A stretch of DNA of 64,000 bases. Source: a virus. Its lineage: Duplodnaviria > Caudoviricetes. The position numbers were made by a program, and so were the translations under genes. Under the pieces are notes generated by a model. It saw only the letters and a program-made list of their open reading frames with translations. It made no database searches and had not been told where the DNA came from. This document shows positions 18,148 through 25,682 of the stretch, one piece after another. Location: positions 12,344-76,343 of the IMG/VR virus record IMGVR_UViG_3300033067_000833. One strand, given 5' to 3'. How positions within the stretch are numbered: the first letter of the stretch is position 1; each line of letters begins with the position of its first letter.

Positions 18148-19221
18148 ATGTCCGACAGAATGCCTGTCACCACCTTTGCGCAGCTCAACAGCGTGCTGCG
18201 TGACCTGATGTCGGCCAATGTGCCGGCGCTGATCCTTGGCCCGCCGGGAGTGGGCAAGACCGCCTGCTGCCAAGGGCTGCCCGACTACGACGCCGGGGAG
18301 CAGTACCACGAGGTCCGGGCTATCTACCATCGCCCCGAGGACTTCAAGTTCCCGATCGTGGACGTGGCCAACCAGGCCATTTCCTGGATTCAGTCCGTCA
18401 TGCCGACCGACCCCGCGTTCAAGGGAATTGTGTGCTTGGACGAACTGGGGCAGGCCGACCGGGACGTTCAGGCCGCCATGTTCGGCATCCTGAACTTCAA
18501 GGAGCGCCGGATCGGCAACTACACCATGCCGGTGGGCGCCAAGGTGATCGCCACGTCCAACCGGGTGACGGACAAGGCCGGCGTGCAGAAGATGCTCACC
18601 CCGCTCTTGTCCCGCGTGTGCCAGTTGGACTTCGAGCCGGATACCAGCCGGGCGTTGGGCCAGCGGACGTTCCACGACGAACTGTGCGAGTTCCTGCTGG
18701 GCACCAACCTGCCGGCCGCCGACCATGTGGTTGGCTTCCTGCGGGCCTTCCCGCAAAGCGTGTTGACGTTCAACGCCGATCGGCCGTCCGACAGCGCCAC
18801 GCCCCGTGGGTGGGAAATGCTGGCGGCGGCTCTGGCTCCCACTGTCCGGGAGACCGACCGCATCATCGCGGACGGCATCGTGGGACCGAGTGCCGCTGTG
18901 GAGTTCACGACGTACCGGGAGATCGCGGTACAGATTGACCCCCTGGCGATCCTGGCGAATCCCAAGGCGGCCAGCGTGCCTGAGAATCAACCGTCCCTCA
19001 TGTGGGCCACGGTGTCCTCTCTGACGGCCTGTGCGAAGAAGTGCGACGCCAAGCAGTTGAAGGCGATGGCGGAATACTTCTGCAAGTGCCCCGCCGAGTA
19101 CGCGGTGTACGGGGCCAAGGACGCCACGGCCGCCACGCCGAACAACGGGTTCTTGCAGGCTGCTGGGCAGACGGACTTCTTCAAGAAGTATGGTCCGCTG
19201 TTAGTTCAGCCGGGAGCGTGA
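18148..19221 (+). CDS. MoxR-like AAA+ ATPase
   Basis: Walker A GPPGVGKT, Walker B CLDEL, ATSNR sensor, ATPRGWE. Confidence 0.85.
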   Translation: MSDRMPVTTFAQLNSVLRDLMSANVPALILGPPGVGKTACCQGLPDYDAGEQYHEVRAIYHRPEDFKFPIVDVANQAISWIQSVMPTDPAFKGIVCLDELGQADRDVQAAMFGILNFKERRIGNYTMPVGAKVIATSNRVTDKAGVQKMLTPLLSRVCQLDFEPDTSRALGQRTFHDELCEFLLGTNLPAADHVVGFLRAFPQSVLTFNADRPSDSATPRGWEMLAAALAPTVRETDRIIADGIVGPSAAVEFTTYREIAVQIDPLAILANPKAASVPENQPSLMWATVSSLTACAKKCDAKQLKAMAEYFCKCPAEYAVYGAKDATAATPNNGFLQAAGQTDFFKKYGPLLVQPGA

Positions 19222-19222
19222 T

Positions 19223-19471
19223 ATGGCACAGCACTGGTTTCGCCGTGCAACGCCTGGAATGCAAGGCGTCCGCATGGCCGCTGAGTGGGAGCCAGTGGCC
19301 GATTCCGATGTGCCATTCGACGGCATTGTCACCAACCAAGCAAGGGTTTTATGGCACGACGGCCTTCGACTTGCCAACGTCGCGTTTTTCAAAGGGTATC
19401 AGTGGGCTCGTGTCGAACTCAATGAGATCGAGTTGCTGCAAGCCTACTCGCACTGGAAACTGAAGCACTGA
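19223..19471 (+). CDS. Hypothetical protein, probably an inserted gene
   Basis: Lower GC and flanked by a duplicated 3' end of the ATPase gene. Confidence 0.55.
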   Translation: MAQHWFRRATPGMQGVRMAAEWEPVADSDVPFDGIVTNQARVLWHDGLRLANVAFFKGYQWARVELNEIELLQAYSHWKLKH

Positions 19472-19504
19472 CGGGTCTTTGCTGGTGCAGCCGGGAGCGT
19501 GATC

Positions 19505-19759
19505 ATGCCCAAGCTGTGGTTCTTCAATGGAATCGGAGCGGTTGACAAGCCGCTCCTGGAAGTTCCGCCGAACGTTCCTGGGCTGAAGGACTGGATCGAG
19601 GCGCGGTTCTACTTGCGGCCTGGATGGCCAGACGAGATCAGCACGCGGTGGAACAACGATGGGACGATCGACTTGACGCTGGAACTGCGGTTCCGGCTTC
19701 GTACTGTGGACGAGGTGACGGCGTTGCAAGCCATCGCCAAGGCCGAACTGAACAAGTGA
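19505..19759 (+). CDS. Hypothetical protein
   Basis: GGGAG RBS, in operon. Confidence 0.6.
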   Translation: MPKLWFFNGIGAVDKPLLEVPPNVPGLKDWIEARFYLRPGWPDEISTRWNNDGTIDLTLELRFRLRTVDEVTALQAIAKAELNK

Positions 19760-19841
19760 CTGACGGGGTGCGATACTCCGGCCTTCTGCGGAAGGCCGGC
19801 TATCCTGTTCCGTTTGTTCTAAACCATAGGAAACCGAGCGC

Positions 19842-20063
19842 ATGTTCACACAAGAAGAATTGCTACAAATGGCAATTCGGGGAGAACGCCTGTACTTGGA
19901 AGGATTGAATATCCTGAAACAGTTTGAAGTGTGGGCGGAGAGTTACTACGGAAATCGGTCGCTAGGACGCGATCAAGAAATGTGGCGAGCATTTGACACG
20001 CTGATGTACCGAGTCAGCGGACATGCCATTGCCGGGGAGGATGACAGTGAGAATTCACACTGA
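19842..20063 (+). CDS. Hypothetical protein (AT-richer)
   Basis: AGGA RBS. Confidence 0.55.
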   Translation: MFTQEELLQMAIRGERLYLEGLNILKQFEVWAESYYGNRSLGRDQEMWRAFDTLMYRVSGHAIAGEDDSENSH

Positions 20064-20235
20064 ACGCTATCGCGGAAAGTTCCGCAAGAGGAAAGAGCAA
20101 GACTGCGGCCATGCTCGTTGCTGGCTGTGTCACGGGGAGAAACTGGCCCAACGTCCCCGCCGCCAAGAGATCCGGTCCAACGCCAACTTAAAGGAGATCG
20201 CGCAGTGCTTTACACAGGCCCAGTGTCAGCTTTAG
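20041..20235 (+). CDS. Small basic Cys/His protein
   Basis: DCGHARCWLCHGEK; GAGG RBS. Confidence 0.5.
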   Translation: MTVRIHTERYRGKFRKRKEQDCGHARCWLCHGEKLAQRPRRQEIRSNANLKEIAQCFTQAQCQL

Positions 20236-20318
20236 TAGGCTCGATTCCGCTGAATGCCGCGGCACAGGCTGCCGACGCAAGAGCGGAAAGCAAATCAAAT
20301 GACCCACTGGCCGCCCTG

Positions 20319-21569
20319 ATGGAGACGGCCAAACGCAAGGACTGCGAGGACAAGGCCAAGCTCGCACTCTCGGCCGCCAAGGTGGCCCTGATGTGCGGGA
20401 CGTGGCAGAAGAACCGCACGCCCGAAGCACTCGGCGCGTCGGCATTCTTCACCCGGCTTGTGCTCGCCCCCAAGTACGAGCCCTCGTGGGACATCCCCAC
20501 GGCTTGCACCGATGGCGCGACCATCCGGTACAACCCGGAGTACGTTGCCACCAACACCAAGCAGGTGATCGTGGGCCTGCTGGCAGAAGAAGGCGGACAC
20601 GCGGGCTTTGGGCACCATGTCCGCATGGCGCACCTCGCCAAGCAGTACGGGGACGACTACGACCCCAAGTTGGCGAATGTGGCCGCCGACCTGGCCCTGC
20701 TGGGACTGCTCAAGCAGGCCGGGTTCGACATCCCGGCCGACTGCTGCTTGCCGGGCGAGAAAGGCCCGTACAAGGACTTCCCGGTGGGCGAGGCGATGGA
20801 AGCCTACTACGCCCGGTTGCACCAGAAGCGATCCAAGGACAAGACCACGGACTGCCCAAAGGGACCGGGGCGTGGAGACATTCAGATGCCTCCCAATACG
20901 TCCGATGGAGGTCTCAAAAAGGAAATGCAGAAGTGCAAGGAGTGGCTACAAGCGGCGTCCCAAGAGGGGCATCGCCGCGGGCAGTTGCCGGGTGCCCTGG
21001 AGTACGCGGTCAGCACGGCACTGAAGCCGGTGATCGACGCACGGGAAGTGCTGGCAGAGTTCCTGAGCAAGTTCGCCGAGACCGACCGCTCGTGGCAGCG
21101 TCCCAACCGGCGGTACGCTTCCCAGGGGATCTACCTGCCGAGCGAGGCCGGACAGTCGCTTGGCCACTTGGTACTGCTCAATGACACGTCGGGCAGCTTG
21201 GACAACGACAAGGCCCGGCAGCGGTTCCTCGCGGAAGCGGTGGGCATGGTCAGCGCCTATCCGCTGACGAAAGTCACGGTGATCCATCACGACAGCGTGG
21301 TACAAGGCGTGGACGAATGGACGCCGGGCGAAGGCGGCGACCTGCCGTGGAAGCCCAAGGGCGGTGGCGGTACGAGCCACGTCCCTCCGTTCGACGCGAT
21401 GTATGCGATGGACGAGTTGCCGGATCTGTGCATCGCCCTGACTGATCTGGAGACTGAGTTCCACCCTGACGCCCCGGACTTCCCGGTGCTGTGGTGTACC
21501 GTGAAGGACCACCCCATCCCGTATGGGCAGAAAGTTGACATCGGATCGCTCGGAGACGAGTGCTGGTGA
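20319..21569 (+). CDS. DUF2201-type metallopeptidase-like plus VWA domain protein (start uncertain)
   Basis: TACTDG..I.YNP, LAEEGGHAGFGH in place of HExxH, MIDAS DTSGS, GGGGTS, LTDLET. Confidence 0.8.
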   Translation: METAKRKDCEDKAKLALSAAKVALMCGTWQKNRTPEALGASAFFTRLVLAPKYEPSWDIPTACTDGATIRYNPEYVATNTKQVIVGLLAEEGGHAGFGHHVRMAHLAKQYGDDYDPKLANVAADLALLGLLKQAGFDIPADCCLPGEKGPYKDFPVGEAMEAYYARLHQKRSKDKTTDCPKGPGRGDIQMPPNTSDGGLKKEMQKCKEWLQAASQEGHRRGQLPGALEYAVSTALKPVIDAREVLAEFLSKFAETDRSWQRPNRRYASQGIYLPSEAGQSLGHLVLLNDTSGSLDNDKARQRFLAEAVGMVSAYPLTKVTVIHHDSVVQGVDEWTPGEGGDLPWKPKGGGGTSHVPPFDAMYAMDELPDLCIALTDLETEFHPDAPDFPVLWCTVKDHPIPYGQKVDIGSLGDECW

Positions 21570-21766
21570 CGAATACCCTATGTTGCGTTGTGGCCCCGCC
21601 AAGTTCCAGCAGCGAATGGTTTGTTCCAAGGCGGCTTTGATCGCTCGAATGCTTGGCCGGGGCCGCCGTCCTGAATAGGACGCTCGCCGCCGAGGTAGAA
21701 AGAGAGGAACGATGACTGAGCGAAGGGCGGTGCTACAGCGCCCGTGACCAATCTGTAGCATGTGCT

Positions 21767-21871
21767 GGGACCGTGGCGTAAATGGAAAACGCTGCTTTGC
21801 AAAGGGCACCTACCGCTGGTCAGCAGCGGGGCGCTGGAGCCAACATGCGGGTTCGATTCCCGCCGGTCCCT
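21767..21871 (+). tRNA. Atypical tRNA-Cys(GCA)-like RNA with an oversized variable region
   Basis: GGGACCG/CGGTCCC acceptor, U discriminator, GCGT-AAATGGAAA-ACGC D-arm, TTGCAAA loop on a weak bulged stem, 38-nt variable region, GCGGG-TTCGATT-CCCGC; no encoded CCA. Confidence 0.5.
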
Positions 21872-22132
21872 CTGGAATCCAGCTTGCCGCCAGTGGCCCC
21901 GGTGATTCGCCGGGTGCCGATACTGGTGGGCGACGATGGTGAGCGTCCGGCATTACGCCAAAGCTTTCAGGTAGTTTTCCTGAGTACAGGACCGCAAGCT
22001 AAACTACCTGCATCTTTGGCCTAAGTGCTCCTTGTGGATTCCGCACGGTTTGCGCTGCCTGTGGATGGCCCGGTGACATCGCCGGGGACCGCAGAAGCAG
22101 GCGACGAAGGTAAATTTCTCGCATCGACAAAT

Positions 22133-22189
22133 GGCGTACCGTGCTGACGTGCGACTGGTCCCGCGGGTTCGAGTCCCGCACGCACGCCT
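22133..22189 (+). ncRNA. Mini tRNA-like element
   Basis: GGCGT/ACGCC closing stem followed by T; GCGGG-TTCGAGT-CCCGC T-arm. Confidence 0.45.
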
Positions 22190-22355
22190 TGACCGCCAGA
22201 GGATAGCTGGCTGGCACCAGGCCCCGGTGTATCGCCGGGGAACCGCCTGCATCCGACTCTGGTTTTTTGGGCAGCGTCTCGAAAGGGACGTTCAGCGGAA
22301 ACGCTGGCAATGCAGCCGCTCACAATGCGGCCGGAGTGTTTTTTCTGAAGGGAGT

Positions 22356-22556
22356 ATGACCATGCTTGTTCTGACCCGCCACGACGGCCAGAAGATCGTC
22401 CTGCCCGCGTTGGGCGTGACGTTCACCGTCGTCCGCATCGAAGGGGACCGCGTGCGTATCGGCATCGAGGCCCCGCGTGATGTGAAGATCCTGCGCAACG
22501 AGCATTTCCCCTTGAAGGCACTGGAGGATGACCATGACAGCGACCGCAACCCGTAA
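22356..22556 (+). CDS. csrA: Carbon storage regulator CsrA-like RNA-binding protein
   Basis: MLVLTR..GQKI.....TFTVVRIEGDRVRIGIEAPRDVKILRNE. Confidence 0.9.
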   Translation: MTMLVLTRHDGQKIVLPALGVTFTVVRIEGDRVRIGIEAPRDVKILRNEHFPLKALEDDHDSDRNP

Positions 22557-23118
22557 GCGTGGCCTGCCGTTCAAGCGGCTGTCCAAGGCCGCCAAGGAGC
22601 GGGCCATCGAGTGGATGCGTGACAAGCTCAATGGCGACTGGTTCGACCCAGAACCGCTGACCGAACTGTTTCGAGAGCACCTTGCCGAGCACGGGTTCCC
22701 GAACATGGAGGCTTACTGGTCGCTGGGACACTGCCAGGGCGATGGCGTTGACATCGAGGGCTCGATCGACATCGGCAAGTTAGCCGAGACGGACGAGTTC
22801 GTGCTGACTTGTCTCGCCAAGGGCGTGCTGCTGGGTGTAGGAACCTTGGATGATTGGGACTTTAGCTGCAAAGTGAAGTGTAGCCGGGTCGAACTGGAAT
22901 GGATGTGCTACAGCAACGCATTTCATGACTGTCAGAGTGCCGTTGACGACATTGGACTGGCACTGAAAAAGCATCTGAATGACCTCATTTACAGCTTGCA
23001 ACGGAAGCTCTCCAAGTACGGATACGACGAAATCAACTACCTGACATCCAAGGAGCGCGCCATCGAGAGCATCGAGGCCAACGACTACAGCTTCGACTGT
23101 GAAGGAGACATCCTGTGA
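22528..23118 (+). CDS. Conserved hypothetical early protein
   Basis: LSKAAKERAIEW...ESIEANDYSFDCEG pattern common in mobile elements; its stop overlaps the RT start. Confidence 0.65.
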   Translation: MTMTATATRKRGLPFKRLSKAAKERAIEWMRDKLNGDWFDPEPLTELFREHLAEHGFPNMEAYWSLGHCQGDGVDIEGSIDIGKLAETDEFVLTCLAKGVLLGVGTLDDWDFSCKVKCSRVELEWMCYSNAFHDCQSAVDDIGLALKKHLNDLIYSLQRKLSKYGYDEINYLTSKERAIESIEANDYSFDCEGDIL

Positions 23119-24011
23119 CCAGACGCAAAGCCCGAACCCCGAAGCCCGAGTTCGACATTCTCAAGATCAGCAAAGGCAATGGCAAGTTCCGCACGATTTA
23201 TCGCCCCCGCCGGGACATCAAGGCGACGCTGCGGACCTACATCCCGGTCCTGGAGGAGATTGCCCTGAAGCTCTGCCCGCCCAACGTGGTGCATGGCTTC
23301 TGGCCCGCCCGCAACTGCGTGTCGAACGCGCAGATGCACGTTGGGACGTGGCGGTACACCGTCTGCATGAACCTGAAGGACTTCTTCGACCACTGCACAG
23401 ACGCGATGCTGGGGCCTGCAATCGACCCGCAGCCAGCGTTTCACGGGAGCATCCCACGGATACTGACCCCGGATGGTGCTTGCCGCCAGGGCCTGCCAAC
23501 GTCCCCCGCCGCGGCCAACGTATGCTTCGCGGCGTGCGACCACGACATCATCAGCGCCCTCAAGGCGGCCGGCATCCAGTTCGTCTACTCCCGCTACGCC
23601 GACGACCTCACGTTTTCGGTGATGACACGGGAAGCGGTTGACGCGATACTGAGCATCGTTCCCAAGGTGGTCCGCGACCGTGGCTTCGTCCTGAACGAGA
23701 AGAAAACCCACGTCCAGTACGCCGGGGCCGGGCGTCGTGTGATTACGGGCGTCGCCGTGGACGAGACGAGCGTGTACCCCACGCGGAAGTCTCGCCGCCG
23801 GCTGCGGGCCGCCAAGCACAAGATGACCCTCCCGTGCAAGTACGGGGTGGGGCTGCACCGCAAGCACCGGGCCGCTGGGCTCGCCGAGTGGTGCAAGTGC
23901 AAGCCGCCCATGTACGGGCGCAAGGCTCGTAAAGAGATGGCGGGCAATCCGGACGAGGCGTTGTTGATCGCTGCCAAGGCCAAGCAGTACGGAGTGCAGG
24001 ATCATGCCTGA
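23115..24011 (+). CDS. Retron-type reverse transcriptase with Asn at the motif-A catalytic position
   Basis: ISKGNGKFRTIYRP, HGF, NAQMH (NAxxH), MNLKDFF, RQGLPTSP, YSRYADDLTFS, NEKKT, VITG; GAAGGAG RBS. Confidence 0.9.
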   Translation: MTRRKARTPKPEFDILKISKGNGKFRTIYRPRRDIKATLRTYIPVLEEIALKLCPPNVVHGFWPARNCVSNAQMHVGTWRYTVCMNLKDFFDHCTDAMLGPAIDPQPAFHGSIPRILTPDGACRQGLPTSPAAANVCFAACDHDIISALKAAGIQFVYSRYADDLTFSVMTREAVDAILSIVPKVVRDRGFVLNEKKTHVQYAGAGRRVITGVAVDETSVYPTRKSRRRLRAAKHKMTLPCKYGVGLHRKHRAAGLAEWCKCKPPMYGRKARKEMAGNPDEALLIAAKAKQYGVQDHA

Positions 24012-24204
24012 GTTCACCCTGACAAACGACCGGCGCGGAACGCCGCGACGCTCCGAATTTGCGGACAACGAGCGGTCGAAACAACTGCTGCTGCTGAGTG
24101 GTCTGAACTGCGCCAGCGGCCAGAAGGATCTGTTCCCAGACCTCGACACTTTCCCCAAGGAGACCTCCGATGCCCAAACCCATCCCGACCGAAGCCGAGA
24201 TTGA
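24004..24204 (+). CDS. Small hypothetical protein
   Basis: LLSGLNCASGQKDLF; overlaps the RT stop. Confidence 0.55.
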   Translation: MPEFTLTNDRRGTPRRSEFADNERSKQLLLLSGLNCASGQKDLFPDLDTFPKETSDAQTHPDRSRD

Positions 24205-24727
24205 CGCTGCGTGGGCAGCCGCCAACAAGATCATCGACGGACTGACGTTCGCCCCCGAGTTCACCATCGAGGATTACCCGATCGGTGGCGTGAACGCGGG
24301 GAACTGCCGGCTTGCCGTCGACTTCAAGAAGGGCCGCGGCTGGCGCACGAACAAGACGACCACGAACAAGCACGGCCGCTGGTGCCAGCCCAAGACCAGC
24401 GTGTACCAAGCCGAGCCGATCGTCGTCGTGCTTGGCGTCGAGTTCGATGACACGACCACCGCGGCGTGGCTCCGAATGGACCAGCGGACTGGCCCGTACC
24501 TGCAGATGGCCAACTACGACAACCGGATGCTGTGCGAGCCGCCTTGCTACTTCCGGCCGCAACGCGAGGACAGCGCGTACGGCATCCGCGTCAACGACGG
24601 ACCCGAGGAACGCAAGGTGCTGACGGCGGACAACCCGCTGCTGTGCGATGCGTGGGACCGCTGGTTCGACGAGTACAAGCGGCTGGTGAAGAGGGTTCTG
24701 GCTTTCATCGAAGGGAGCAAGACGTGA
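24170..24727 (+). CDS. Hypothetical protein
   Basis: AAGGAG RBS, in operon. Confidence 0.65.
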   Translation: MPKPIPTEAEIDAAWAAANKIIDGLTFAPEFTIEDYPIGGVNAGNCRLAVDFKKGRGWRTNKTTTNKHGRWCQPKTSVYQAEPIVVVLGVEFDDTTTAAWLRMDQRTGPYLQMANYDNRMLCEPPCYFRPQREDSAYGIRVNDGPEERKVLTADNPLLCDAWDRWFDEYKRLVKRVLAFIEGSKT

Positions 24728-25401
24728 AGCTGAGCGAAAAATACAGGCCGAGCCTGCTCTCCCAGGTCGCCGGCCAGCGTGCCGTGCGGGTGTTGCAGGG
24801 CTGGCTGCTGGAGCCCTACCCGGCCTGCTTCTGTCTGGAGGGCGCACCGGGGACCGGCAAGACGAGCACCGCCTTCGCACTCGCCAACGAGCTTGGCTGC
24901 GAAGACGAGTTCTCCGGCCGGGAGGTTGTCATCGGGTCCGAACTGAGCGTTGACGCCGCCCGGACGCTGTTCCAGCGGACCCTGCGATGTACGCCGCTGC
25001 AACCGCTCAAGGTGCCGGCGTGGCATTGCCTGATCATCGAGGAACTGGAACTGGTCTCGCCTCAGTGCGTGACCTTCCTGAAGGTGGCGCTGGAGACTGG
25101 ACTGCCAGCCCGCTGCGTCGTGGTCGCCACGAGCAACAACACGGCGAAGCTGCCCCAGGCCCTGCGTGAGCGGTTCACGCTGCTCTCGTTCGGGTCCGGG
25201 GAAGCGTTCGCGAACGAGGCTGGCGACGTGGTGGCCGCCATCTGGGACGCGGAGACCCACGGGGAACCGCTGCCGGCCGGCTGGCAGTCGTGGGGCTGGG
25301 AAGGGGATTCGTATTCGATGCGTGCCGCGCTGGACGCGGTGCAACAGGAACTCTTACTGAAGGGAGCGAGACGTGAGCAAGCACACACCGTTACCGTTTA
25401 A
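24724..25401 (+). CDS. Clamp-loader-like (RFC/DnaX family) AAA+ ATPase
   Basis: LSEKYRPSLLSQVAGQ, GAPGTGKTS, IIEE, LRERF. Confidence 0.8.
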   Translation: MKLSEKYRPSLLSQVAGQRAVRVLQGWLLEPYPACFCLEGAPGTGKTSTAFALANELGCEDEFSGREVVIGSELSVDAARTLFQRTLRCTPLQPLKVPAWHCLIIEELELVSPQCVTFLKVALETGLPARCVVVATSNNTAKLPQALRERFTLLSFGSGEAFANEAGDVVAAIWDAETHGEPLPAGWQSWGWEGDSYSMRAALDAVQQELLLKGARREQAHTVTV

Positions 25402-25675
25402 GGTGGCGCAGACGTTCGTCGAGAACTCGCCGCCGACATGGAACATCTACACGCTGCGAAACGGCAAGCGGTTCAACGGCGACTGCGTTGCCGTGTGCGA
25501 CAACCGCGATGACGCAGAGTTCATCGTCCGAGCCTGCAACTGCCATGAGGAACTGGTGGCGGCGTGTTACGTTGCTCTCGGAGACCTGCTCGCTCAAGGG
25601 ATGCCGAGGGGATGCAGCACGTTCAACCTGCTGTCGGCCGCCATCGCCAAGGCGGAGGGCAAGTCCGATGCGTGA
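25373..25675 (+). CDS. Hypothetical phage protein
   Basis: MSKHTP...DAEFIVRACNCHEELV pattern. Confidence 0.65.
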   Translation: MSKHTPLPFKVAQTFVENSPPTWNIYTLRNGKRFNGDCVAVCDNRDDAEFIVRACNCHEELVAACYVALGDLLAQGMPRGCSTFNLLSAAIAKAEGKSDA

Positions 25676-25682
25676 AAGCGCA

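Larger units (their letters stand above)
21570..22350 (+). ncRNA. About 780-nt highly structured non-coding block
   Basis: No credible ORF. Continuous hairpins, including GNRA-loop stems, two T-arm elements and three copies of a conserved hairpin. Confidence 0.6.

Noticed and set aside
21767-21871. tmRNA
   Set aside because: Too short, has a paired D-stem, no tag ORF and no CCA.
21968-22011. Hammerhead ribozyme in the CAGGTAGTTT/AAACTACCTG junction
   Set aside because: Core CUGANGA and GAAA are not correctly present.
21887-22264. CRISPR array
   Set aside because: Only three degenerate copies, 130-150-nt structured spacers and no cas genes.
22266-22320. c-di-GMP-I riboswitch (GGGCA...GAAA...GGGACG)
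   Set aside because: Lacks the GCAAA elements and receptor helix; GGGACG is used in the stem.
23115-24011. RT as part of a diversity-generating retroelement
   Set aside because: Motifs are retron-like, there is no Avd-like gene, and I saw no ~100-bp TR/VR pair differing at adenines. An exhaustive self-alignment was not run, and a target could lie outside the window.
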